Below are positions 36,675-45,919 of a stretch of 54,844 nucleotides of DNA, in pieces. The stretch is from positions 1-54,844 of the forward strand of contig CAZUFC010000020.1 of the NCBI GenBank assembly GCA_964619725.1, read 5' to 3'. A program made the translations under genes and the position numbers. The stretch's first letter is position 1, and every line of letters begins with the position of its first letter. The notes under the pieces were generated by a model that did not search any database, had not been told where the DNA came from, and saw only the letters and a program-made list of their open reading frames with translations. The stretch comes from an uncultured bacterium (GTDB lineage Bacteria; CSSED10-310; CAZUFC01).

Positions 36675-38441
36675 ATGAATGAACAGAGATTAGGCGGCAT
36701 ATTGATAAATCGGGGGATAATATCTCAGGAGTTGCTGGAAAAAGCGCAGAAGATATCAGATGAGTCGCCGGATTTGGACTTGAGTCGGGTATTGATCGAG
36801 CATTTCAATATCGACCATGATCTTATTCACCGGGAAATTGCGGAATTTTATGGATTTCGTGAGATAAACCTTTCAGAGGAACGTGTAGACGAGAAAGCAT
36901 TGGAATTTATAAGGGAACGACTGGAAAGCATGCCCAAAAAAATCAGAGACGAATGCATCAGGAAGCAGATCATACCGTTCAAGATTGATCCGTCCCGTCA
37001 CAATTCAGTGATATTCATAACGCCGGAACCGACGCGACTGGAGTTATCGGATTTAATCAAGGAGATAGGGGAGCGTTTTTTTGAGATAACGTATTGTCCG
37101 TTGAGCGATTTTATGCAGATACTGGACCAGACGGCGACTCCGACGAATGAATTTTTAGAGATTTTCAAGGAAGCGAACGAGGAGACGGAATTAGACCTTC
37201 AGGATGAGGATGATGAGGATTTTGATGATGAGCTTTTGGAGGCGGAGATCAACCAGAGCATGCTGACGAATCTGGTTGAGGGTTGCCTGGTGGAGGCTGT
37301 CCGTCAGGGGATAAGCGATATACACATCATACCGGAGGATAAGACGAAGACGGGGTTTTATTTTCGGAAGGATGGCCGGTTATTTTTATGGCACAGGCAT
37401 GAGAATTGCCGTCCGGAGTCCATTGCGGCGATCATCAAGGACAGGACCAAGAATGCTGATCGGTTTGAATGGGACATAGCGCAGGATGGATTCATTCAGC
37501 GAATGGTAGACAATCATCTGATCAGGTATCGCGTATCCATATTGCCGATCGTTTCGGCAGAATTTCGACGTCGATTCGAGAGCGTAGTCATAAGGGTGCT
37601 GGACGACCGCAAAGTCATCACGGACCTGGATAAGCTGGGCCTCTCATCTCAGGCCAAATCTGATTTCATGAAGGCCATAACGAAACCCCAGGGCATAGTC
37701 ATATTAACCGGTCCCACAGGAAGCGGAAAAAGCACCACTCTGGTGGCTGCGCTACACCAGGTAATGACGCCCGAACTGAACATATTGACGGTCGAAGACC
37801 CTGTAGAATACCTGATCAGAGGGGCGCGACAGCTCAAGATAAATCCCCGCATGGATTTTGATGCCGCCATGCGTTCCATATTGCGTCACGATCCGGACAT
37901 CGTGATGGTGGGCGAGATGCGAGACAGGCCGACTGCGGAAATAGCCATCAAGCTGGCCAACACCGGGCATTTGACCTTTTCCACTTTACACACGAACGAT
38001 GCGCCGAGTGCGGTCTCGCGCCTTTACAAAATGGGCATCGAACCGTTTCTGATAGCCAACGCCATCAATATCGTCGTCGCTCAAAGACTCGTAAGAACGC
38101 TCTGTCACCAGTGCAAACAAGTCTATGAACCTGAACCGAACATCCCGTTGAGCCTTGGATTCACCAAGGAAGAAGTCGAGAAAACCGATTTTTATACAGC
38201 CGTGGGTTGCGAAAGCTGCCGCAACGGCTATCGCGGCCGAACAGGCATACACGAAGCCTTGGTTTTTACAAAGGAAATCCGGCAAATTATCCTGGATGCC
38301 AAAGGCGACATCAATGAAGAAAAAATAAGACAAACCGGCATTGAGCAGGGCATGACCAACCTCAGAGCCGCAGGCAGAGAACGTATCAAGGAGGGCGTCT
38401 CCACATTACAGGAAATTGCTTTCGCTACGGCGGAAGATTGA
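36675..38441 (+). CDS. pilB: Type IV pilus assembly ATPase (PilB/GspE family)
   Basis: RLGGILI N-domain, SDIHI, GPTGSGKSTTL, TVEDPVEY, LRHDPDIVMVGEMRD, TGHLTFSTLHTNDA, CxxC..CxxC zinc motif. Confidence 0.92.
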   Translation: MNEQRLGGILINRGIISQELLEKAQKISDESPDLDLSRVLIEHFNIDHDLIHREIAEFYGFREINLSEERVDEKALEFIRERLESMPKKIRDECIRKQIIPFKIDPSRHNSVIFITPEPTRLELSDLIKEIGERFFEITYCPLSDFMQILDQTATPTNEFLEIFKEANEETELDLQDEDDEDFDDELLEAEINQSMLTNLVEGCLVEAVRQGISDIHIIPEDKTKTGFYFRKDGRLFLWHRHENCRPESIAAIIKDRTKNADRFEWDIAQDGFIQRMVDNHLIRYRVSILPIVSAEFRRRFESVVIRVLDDRKVITDLDKLGLSSQAKSDFMKAITKPQGIVILTGPTGSGKSTTLVAALHQVMTPELNILTVEDPVEYLIRGARQLKINPRMDFDAAMRSILRHDPDIVMVGEMRDRPTAEIAIKLANTGHLTFSTLHTNDAPSAVSRLYKMGIEPFLIANAINIVVAQRLVRTLCHQCKQVYEPEPNIPLSLGFTKEEVEKTDFYTAVGCESCRNGYRGRTGIHEALVFTKEIRQIILDAKGDINEEKIRQTGIEQGMTNLRAAGRERIKEGVSTLQEIAFATAED

Positions 38442-38467
38442 CCTCCCCAGACCAAAGGAGCATTCTT

Positions 38468-39733
38468 ATGAAACCAAATAAAGCTTTCGATCAAACAACT
38501 CAAGCCCTCTCCATGGACGAAATCATCAAAAGCAGGCTTCGTAAAATGATGCCCGAATCCACTCACAAAACCAACCGGCTGAATCTGCTTAGAAAAATTC
38601 TGGATGACTGCGAACCCGATATCCTGCAATTCCTGAAAACAAAACTCGAAAAATGGCTGCACTTAATGGTTCCCCTGGAGGCATCGGATATTGATTTCGG
38701 CGGCACAGGGTCCCGGGGTCGCGTCTGGTTCCGCATCCAGGGATTGAAAAGTCCGAAAGAAGACCTGGGCGCTTATTCGGAACTCATTTCCGACCTGCTT
38801 ATCCTCAACCTTCTGACCCCTGATCAGATGGATATTCTTAAGGCCGACAAAGCGGTCGATTTTTCTTATCAGATAATGAAGGATGACCGGCGACTTCGAT
38901 TCAGAGGCGCTGTTTATCTTGATATGGGTCGTCCGGCCCTGAATATGCGCTTCATCACAAATACAATATATCCGTTTCGCCAGTATGGTTTTCACCCGGA
39001 AATCACCAGGAACCTGAGCTGGCAGTATCGAAAGCAGGGATTAATACTACTGACCGGGATAACAGGATCGGGAAAAAGCACAACGCTGGACAGCATTATC
39101 GATGCCAATAATAAAACTGCTGAATGTCACATAGTCATTATCGGGAATCCTGTCGAGTATTTCCATGATTCCAGCAAAGCCATCGTTCGTCACAGGGAGG
39201 TAGGTCGAGACGTCAATTCCTTCAAAGAAGGAACCATACAGGCTCTGCGTCAGGACCCCGACATCATAGTCATAGGGGAAATGCGCGATCCTGAAACCAT
39301 AATGACGGCGCTCGAAGTCACCGACACGGGCCATAAGGTCTTCTCCACGCTGCACACCAGCTCAGCCGTCGAAAGCATTGACAGGATCATCGCCGAATGC
39401 CCGCCTGGAGATCAGCACAGAGTACGCAACAGACTCTCCGACGTTCTCAATATCGTCATTTCACAAAAGTTATGTACCGGTCGCAGCGGCAAAAGAGTGC
39501 TGACCAAAGAAATACTCCTGGTTACCTCGTCCGTTCGCGCCGCCATTAAAAACAATAACCTGGATGAAATTTATCAGATGATGGCTGAAGGCTCCTCACA
39601 GGGTATGAATACCCTCGAACAGGACCTCAGCCGCCTGGTCAAACAACGTCTGATAACCGCAGAAGAAGCCATTAATCAGGCGAATCATAAAAAACGCATT
39701 AAAGACCTTCTCGACAAAGGAACTCTATTGTGA
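38468..39733 (+). CDS. pilT: PilT/PilU-family retraction ATPase
   Basis: GITGSGKSTTL, HREVGRDV.SF, ALRQDPDIIVIGEMRDPET, TGHKVFSTLHT; AAGGAG RBS supports ATG 38468. Confidence 0.85.
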   Translation: MKPNKAFDQTTQALSMDEIIKSRLRKMMPESTHKTNRLNLLRKILDDCEPDILQFLKTKLEKWLHLMVPLEASDIDFGGTGSRGRVWFRIQGLKSPKEDLGAYSELISDLLILNLLTPDQMDILKADKAVDFSYQIMKDDRRLRFRGAVYLDMGRPALNMRFITNTIYPFRQYGFHPEITRNLSWQYRKQGLILLTGITGSGKSTTLDSIIDANNKTAECHIVIIGNPVEYFHDSSKAIVRHREVGRDVNSFKEGTIQALRQDPDIIVIGEMRDPETIMTALEVTDTGHKVFSTLHTSSAVESIDRIIAECPPGDQHRVRNRLSDVLNIVISQKLCTGRSGKRVLTKEILLVTSSVRAAIKNNNLDEIYQMMAEGSSQGMNTLEQDLSRLVKQRLITAEEAINQANHKKRIKDLLDKGTLL

Positions 39734-41385
39734 AAAGAAACAAAAAAATTTTGGCTGTCTGCCTGGAGTCCAACGAAATTAAAGGCGCATTATTGGAAAA
39801 AACAGGATCAGGTTTTTTTGTGAAACAACTTGAAGCCATCAGCTTCAACGGCTCCAGTCCTTCCGGAAGCAACGACGAAAATGAAGGCGATCCCTTCGGA
39901 CTGGAACAGATATTTCAAGAAGCCGTGGAACAAAACTCAACTGACGAAAAACCTGAACAGCAAGTTGAAAGCCTGGAAACTGAAAACAAGAATTATATCA
40001 TGGACCTTCTTCATCGTTTTCCCATTGAAGACTGTTCTCTGGCGCTCAACCTCGCCAAAGCTTCCGTCTCCTTTAACTTCTACGAATCTGATCAAAACGG
40101 AGCCTCTCTTAAAAAAATGAGAAAAGAGGCGCTCCATAATTATGAGGAGGAAAACGGACGGGAAATAGATTCCGAAAGCATTCAAATCGTCAGTACGGGC
40201 AATGGAACTGTACTGGAAATGATTCGTGAAGGCGGACTGAAAACCCTGGACGATACCCTGGAGCTCAAACCTGTCCTCGGTCGCCGGCTTCCTCCTGTCA
40301 GACTCCTGGATACCGAAGAGTGCGCTCTACTGGAATCGCTCGGATCAGCTATTCCGGAAGAGGACGCTGACGTCAGGGCCGTTGCTTTGATAGAACAGGA
40401 ACATTCCCATATTTTCTTCATGCAGGGTAGAAATCTGCTGCGCATTCTGCCGCTTCTCAACCAGGGGTACGCCTCGCCCAACATCGCCGGACGAATCTAC
40501 CGCACAATACTCCTGGAACAGGATTCAGGGCGTCTCCCTGAATTCAAACGTATCATCCTTTGCGGCGATTTCCACTACTGCAATATTGAACAGGACCTGA
40601 CAGAAAAATTCGGAGAGGACAAAATCGTTAAATTCCAGGATTTCGTGCACTATGTCAAAACAGACCAGGATACCAATTCCATGCTGGCTCCCTTCGCCGT
40701 CCCCATTTCCCTGGCCGTTAAAGCCCTTAAAAAACCCAAACACCGCATCCTCCCCAGCAATTTCCTTCCCGCCAAAATCGCTGAAGAACAAAAACTCTTT
40801 AAAATTGCCTGGCACGGACTGCTCATGCTGGGTATCATTTTCATCATCATTACATTACTGGTCTTCCAGGGGCTCGAACGCACCAGGCAACTTAAAATTC
40901 TGCAGGATACCATCGCTGAAAAACAAACCACTCTCGACTCCTGGCTCATCATTAAAGACAGGCTCGAACGTATGCTGGAAGAAATCGCCGTGTACGAAAA
41001 TTACTACAATTCGACTACCGAACTGCAGAAAAGAGTCGTCGACTGGCACATGGTCATCCATGACCTGGACAAGTTTATTCGGGACAATAGAGTCCTCTGG
41101 ATCAAACAATTGATATCAACAAATAAAGGTTTCGACATTATCGGCCTTTCCTACAACAGAAAAGCAGTCTCCAAACTGGCAGACGACTATCCAGACGTCA
41201 TCATTAAAAACGTCGAACGCATGAATGTCAGAGATCGCTATCTATACCGTTTTTATTTCGAAATTATACTGCCGGAAGTCGTCAAGCGGCCTGAAGATAT
41301 GAATAACGATATCATTCGATCGAACGTCAATGAGGATAATCTCCCCGCTGACGATAATCAGGAACCCGAACTCAGGCTGGGATAA
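39730..41385 (+). CDS. PilM-PilN-like fusion alignment protein
   Basis: Cytoplasmic PilM-like N-terminal region (ILAVCLESNEIK, IILCG), then SNFLP (PilN INLLP-like), a single TM helix, coiled coil and periplasmic domain. Confidence 0.6.
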   Translation: MKRNKKILAVCLESNEIKGALLEKTGSGFFVKQLEAISFNGSSPSGSNDENEGDPFGLEQIFQEAVEQNSTDEKPEQQVESLETENKNYIMDLLHRFPIEDCSLALNLAKASVSFNFYESDQNGASLKKMRKEALHNYEEENGREIDSESIQIVSTGNGTVLEMIREGGLKTLDDTLELKPVLGRRLPPVRLLDTEECALLESLGSAIPEEDADVRAVALIEQEHSHIFFMQGRNLLRILPLLNQGYASPNIAGRIYRTILLEQDSGRLPEFKRIILCGDFHYCNIEQDLTEKFGEDKIVKFQDFVHYVKTDQDTNSMLAPFAVPISLAVKALKKPKHRILPSNFLPAKIAEEQKLFKIAWHGLLMLGIIFIIITLLVFQGLERTRQLKILQDTIAEKQTTLDSWLIIKDRLERMLEEIAVYENYYNSTTELQKRVVDWHMVIHDLDKFIRDNRVLWIKQLISTNKGFDIIGLSYNRKAVSKLADDYPDVIIKNVERMNVRDRYLYRFYFEIILPEVVKRPEDMNNDIIRSNVNEDNLPADDNQEPELRLG

Positions 41386-41397
41386 GGAGGAAAACAC

Positions 41398-42276
41398 ATG
41401 TCTCAAGCAGTCAGAACTACGCTCATCATAGGGGTTTTCTGGATTCTGTTGTCCTCGGTCGGACTATACTGGGTTTACGGAAATCTTGACGGTAAAGTCA
41501 CTGCAGCCAGACTACAGAACAAAGAAATAGAAGAAAAAATGGAAAAAATACACGCCGAAATCGTCGAATTCGAAAAAACTGAGTCGGCGCTTAAAAAACT
41601 CAAAAGTGACTGGAAAAACAGGAAAAAAATTATCCCGGCACAGGAAAGTACTACCTTTACATACGCTTATTTCAATAAGATCGCTGAAATGTGCGATTCC
41701 TACCTGGTTTATAATTTCGATCACACAGGTTCCGGCGCTCATAATCAATATTATTATTCTCTATACGAAATCAAAGGCGAATCAACATTCAAAGCCTTTT
41801 ATCGGTTCATTCACGCACTGGAAAACCTGGAGCTTTTCTACGAAATTCACACTCTGGACGTCTCTGCAGCCGAAATTGAAACTGAATTTACCGACGAACC
41901 TTTTCATGGCCTTTCCTTCAGACTCGTCGTCAAAGCTTATTACGGAGGACCCGGCGAATATGAACAGGAAGGAAAATTAGAACCCGTCAATTTTCCTGAA
42001 ACCGGCCACCCCTTTTATCCTCTGGTTAAAGACAAACTGCCCTGTAACGTCCGGGGGCTGGTGAACGTCGAAAAAAGCAGACTGATGGCTCTGACTTCAA
42101 AATGGGCCTATATTGAGGATCAAAATGGAAAACTGGTTAAACTGACGGAAGGCAATGAAGTCTATCTCGGGAAATTGACCGGGCTGGACCTCGAAAAGAA
42201 TGCCTGCCTGTTTACTTTAAATAAAGGCGGTTTCCTGGAAAAAATAAAGCTTTTCCTGGAGAAAAGTTCCGGGTGA
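41398..42276 (+). CDS. PilO-like protein, possibly with a C-terminal PilP-like domain
   Basis: N-terminal TM plus coiled coil, K.IP, KGESTFKAFYRFIHALEN; HPFYP then AYIEDQNGKLVKLTEGNEVYLGKL; AAGGAGG RBS. Confidence 0.6.
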   Translation: MSQAVRTTLIIGVFWILLSSVGLYWVYGNLDGKVTAARLQNKEIEEKMEKIHAEIVEFEKTESALKKLKSDWKNRKKIIPAQESTTFTYAYFNKIAEMCDSYLVYNFDHTGSGAHNQYYYSLYEIKGESTFKAFYRFIHALENLELFYEIHTLDVSAAEIETEFTDEPFHGLSFRLVVKAYYGGPGEYEQEGKLEPVNFPETGHPFYPLVKDKLPCNVRGLVNVEKSRLMALTSKWAYIEDQNGKLVKLTEGNEVYLGKLTGLDLEKNACLFTLNKGGFLEKIKLFLEKSSG

Positions 42277-42318
42277 TCAAACGATTTAAATAGTCAGCTC
42301 GACATTGGGAGGGGGCTC

Positions 42319-43641
42319 GTGAATTGGTCAATGATTTCCAATAAAAAATGGAAAAAAAAGTTCATTCAAATTCGGCCGCGTTTCCCTGCCGTTTTTTCTC
42401 TGAACAACGGCAAAACGGCGCAGAAAAACAAGACATTACAATTGAAAATGGAAGGCGCAGGCAAATATCTTGTAATTACGGTATCTCTGCTCTTTATGAT
42501 TTCCGGTGCATTTTGCATCGATCCCTGCAAAGCAAGGAAATTTCCCCCCGACAATTATACTTCTGTAGATGAAATGGTCTCTTTTTCCGCCGATACGGAT
42601 ATAGCTGCGGCATTGTCCATACTAAGCAAAATGGCTATGGAACATGCAGGTAAGGTGGTCGTAGATCCGGGGCATCACACTGGAGAAATAGGAATAAAAA
42701 TAGATCGGTTGCACTGGCGACAGGCCCTTAAGGTCATACTTCAATCCAACGGGCTCGCTCTGGCGGAACTTGATACTTACTTCGAAGTGATAGACCCTGA
42801 GTCGGAAAGCGAAAAACAAAAGGAAAACGAAACCAATGCGATTGAACGTGAAGTCAGAATTAAAGCTGTTTTTCTGGAAGCCGACAGAGAAATTTTAGAA
42901 GAAACCGGGATTAACTGGAGCACGCTGAAAAACGGACTCGTCAATTTCAGCCTGGGAGCCGGCGGGGCCGACTCAGTAAGCGAAGCTTTTATTTCCGGGG
43001 AATACGAAGCGCAATTTAAAAAAGGCGATAATTACATTAATGTGAATACGCTTCTGAAAGTCATCGAATCGAACGACTGGGGCGAAATTATAGCCAATCC
43101 CCAGATAGTAGTAAAATCGGAAGAAAAAGGAAGAATACAGGTGGGTCAGGACTTCTCCATTCAAACCGTGGATTATGCTGGAAATACCATTGATGAATTC
43201 TACAGCACCGGCACCATCCTTGAAGTGACCCCGGAGGTTATGACCTCGGAAAACGGCGAAAACTGCATAAGGTTACTGGTCCACGTTGAAAGAAGCTCAA
43301 TAGTACCCGGTGCGCAGAGCACGACGATCAACAAAGTACAGGCCGATTCAACCCTATACCTTTCGAATGGCGAACAGACCGTTATCGGCGGTCTTTACAA
43401 TACCGAAAAAAAGAAACTCAGAAAAGGCGTTCCCTTTCTTAAAGACCTTCCCTGGTGGGTGTTTGGACTCAAATTCATCTTCGGATACAACCGCGTGGAA
43501 GAAAACTCCAAGGAACTGATTATCCTGCTCGAAGCTGAACTGCTTCCGCACGTGACAGAACGAAAAACAAGAGAACAAAGGGAAAATTTAATCGACGGTA
43601 TGAGGCAGGAATACCAGTCCATAAAGGAGCTTCACAGATAG
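42319..43641 (+). CDS. pilQ: Short secretin (PilQ/GspD family); start possibly at ATG 42448
   Basis: IIANPQI, GRIQVGQDF, TGTILEVTPEV, GEQTVIGGL, GVPFLKDLP..FIFG, ELIILL secretin motifs. Confidence 0.85.
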   Translation: MNWSMISNKKWKKKFIQIRPRFPAVFSLNNGKTAQKNKTLQLKMEGAGKYLVITVSLLFMISGAFCIDPCKARKFPPDNYTSVDEMVSFSADTDIAAALSILSKMAMEHAGKVVVDPGHHTGEIGIKIDRLHWRQALKVILQSNGLALAELDTYFEVIDPESESEKQKENETNAIEREVRIKAVFLEADREILEETGINWSTLKNGLVNFSLGAGGADSVSEAFISGEYEAQFKKGDNYINVNTLLKVIESNDWGEIIANPQIVVKSEEKGRIQVGQDFSIQTVDYAGNTIDEFYSTGTILEVTPEVMTSENGENCIRLLVHVERSSIVPGAQSTTINKVQADSTLYLSNGEQTVIGGLYNTEKKKLRKGVPFLKDLPWWVFGLKFIFGYNRVEENSKELIILLEAELLPHVTERKTREQRENLIDGMRQEYQSIKELHR

Positions 43642-43697
43642 GGCATGTCTTTAAAAGACGCCTATTGATCCAACAGAAAAAAATCTGCGGAACGTCA

Positions 43698-45391
43698 TCA
43701 TTTCCTAGTAAAACCGTAACGTCGGAAAAAATTCGTTATCATCCCGGGTAATTCCTGAACCGGCGCCAGGTCCGCGGGCAGGAATTGCAGAATACGGCCG
43801 GTGAAAGGTTCAGTGAAAATAACGATTATGCCTTCCGGTTTCTCGTCAATCAGCTCCGTCAAATCAGAGGGCAATATGTTGTAAGGAGCGTGCTTGGGGT
43901 CGGTGTCGAATCCTTTATAGGGGATGACGAATCTCATTTTCAGGTCCGGCGAACGGAAGAACACCCGCAGCATGGATTCCGTGGGAGAAATGGAGTCGAG
44001 TTTTTTCCGCCGGAGCGTATATTGCTCCCCACATAGTATTCGATCCAGCCAACCATGAATAGTGTCGTTTGAGGCGGGAATTTTGCCGGTACTATTTCGG
44101 TGAGATCATTATAGATGTTCCTGGTTCTAAGTCTGAAATCGGCGTTCAGCCATTTCGCATTGATATACTTTTCATTTTTTACATATTGCTTGATCTTTCG
44201 ACCGTCTTGCGTCATAACCATTACCTGTTTCCAGCTCGTCTGATCCTTTGCTTGAATAATCCTGTATTCAAGAAAAGCTGAAACCGCCAGCAGGCAGTAT
44301 GCAATCGTCCATACCGCCGTTTTCGTTTTTTTCGAACGGTCAGTAAAGGCAGTAAAAAAGGAAACAGCGCTTAACGATATGAAAAATGAGGGGATGTAGA
44401 GGTAATAATGGATGGTTCTGCCTTTTAAAAGGAGCATCGGAATAGAAGCAAGGAGAGCTGCTGAGAAGAGCAGTAATCCGCCTGAAGCATAAGAAGAGGG
44501 CGTTTTTCGGGAGGTAAGGCGGATAAGGCCGGGGACGAGAAGCGCTATGATAAAACAAGAGCCTGCGAACCAGAGTGTGTGAGGGTCAGAAATTTTTATT
44601 CCGTAGAGTGTCCAGCAGATGAGATGCATTATTTTCAGGGGATTGAAATTTCCAATTTCGTAAACCGTTTCATAGCCTGCCGTTATTTGAGTCCGCATAG
44701 TCCAGAGTGAAATTCCTGTAATGAAAAAAGCGGCTGTTATTATGATCATTCGCTGCAGGTCATGTCCCTTTGCCGGCGGCCTTACGAGGAGCCATAAAGG
44801 GATAAGCGTTGCTATTATGCAGAAGGCGCCTTCTTTCGATCCTGCGGCGAGAATATAAAGAAGCAGCGAGGTCAACGCATGTTTATAATTTTTTTTCTTT
44901 ACAAGTAAAACGATGCATACTGCGAAAAGGAATGAGAAAAAACCTGCCGTTAATTCCTGTATTCCGGAGACCCAATAAACCGGTACATAAGCCAGGCTTC
45001 TGGAAGCGAAAAAAATTGCGCACCACAAAGCAGCCGTTATGCTGCCGAACAGCATAAGAGCCGTGATGTAGAGGATAACGGCGGAAAAGGCATGGATAGC
45101 AACATTGAAGGCATGATAAGCGAATGCGTTCAAATCTGCAATTTCCTGCATCACTGTGAAATAAAGGACGGTGCTGATCGGACGATAGGTGTTATCTACA
45201 GGACCGACTTTCGCCAGGGCTTCGATCAGTTCAGACCGATCTCCCGTCAAATGTTTTAACCCCTCGAAAAAAATAAAATCGTCCTGCGCGAAAAAATCAT
45301 CCAGACTCCCCTTCCAGAACAGGAAAGAAAAACTCAGAACGAAAGCTAAGCAAATGAAGTGAAAAAATTTTCTGTTTTGATTGCGAATCAA
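43698..45391 (-). CDS. Multi-TM GT-C-like (glycosyltransferase) membrane protein, apparently split by a -1 frameshift near 44000
   Basis: FFAQDDF, YRPIS, YHAFNVAIH, VYWVSG, SKEGA pattern in 45391-43940; the -1 frame is open from ~44100 to 43698 and reads as a plausible C-terminal domain. Confidence 0.6.
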
Positions 45392-45452
45392 CTTCCCGGG
45401 CCTCCACAGTTTGAGGAAGTATAATTTCTAAGGGGATTTATTGCAATAAGTA

Positions 45453-45541
45453 GGATTGATCAAACCGGGGCGACGCGTCTTCCATAACTTTTGATAGTTT
45501 GTTTCAGTAATCTGGATCGGGATCACAATCGAAACAAAATA
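45453..45541 (+). repeat. Family A repeat, partial copy (left half)
   Basis: GGATTGATCAAACCGGGG..AACTTTTGATAGTTTGTTTCAGTAATC..GATCGGGATCACAATCGAAACAAAAT. Confidence 0.75.
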
Positions 45542-45588
45542 TTTGCCTGCTAACCGACTTGGAATTTTGATGGTTGTTGGTGGTTTGA

Positions 45589-45629
45589 CCTCACCCCCCG
45601 GCCCCCTCTCCATGAATGGAGTGGGGGAG
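45589..45629 (+). repeat. REP-like palindromic element
   Basis: CCTCACCCCCCGGCCCCCTCTCCAT-GA-ATGGAGTGGGGGAG hairpin. Confidence 0.5.
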
Positions 45630-45919
45630 TAATATTGGGTTGTTTTATGACTGGTTAGGGGATTTTGTTGATCCGGTCGAAGTCTCAGCATTAGTTTATC
45701 AGAGGGTTTGAGTTCAAACGATTACGATAATCAGCCACAAGCAGCAGCCGGCGGTATTCGGTATCATTTATCAGCATCGCTGCCGCAATCGAAACGAATG
45801 ATGGATTCCCATTGGACAATGACTCTTTTTTTCTATTAATGTAGAAGAGGAGGAGCGGACGCTTTAAGCGAACCGACCAACAATTTTCAACCATCGGGCG
45901 GAGTCAGGAAGATTCAGTA

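Noticed and set aside
35315-43641. Type II secretion system
   Set aside because: A PilT-family ATPase is present and there is no GspG-K pseudopilin set, favouring a type IV pilus
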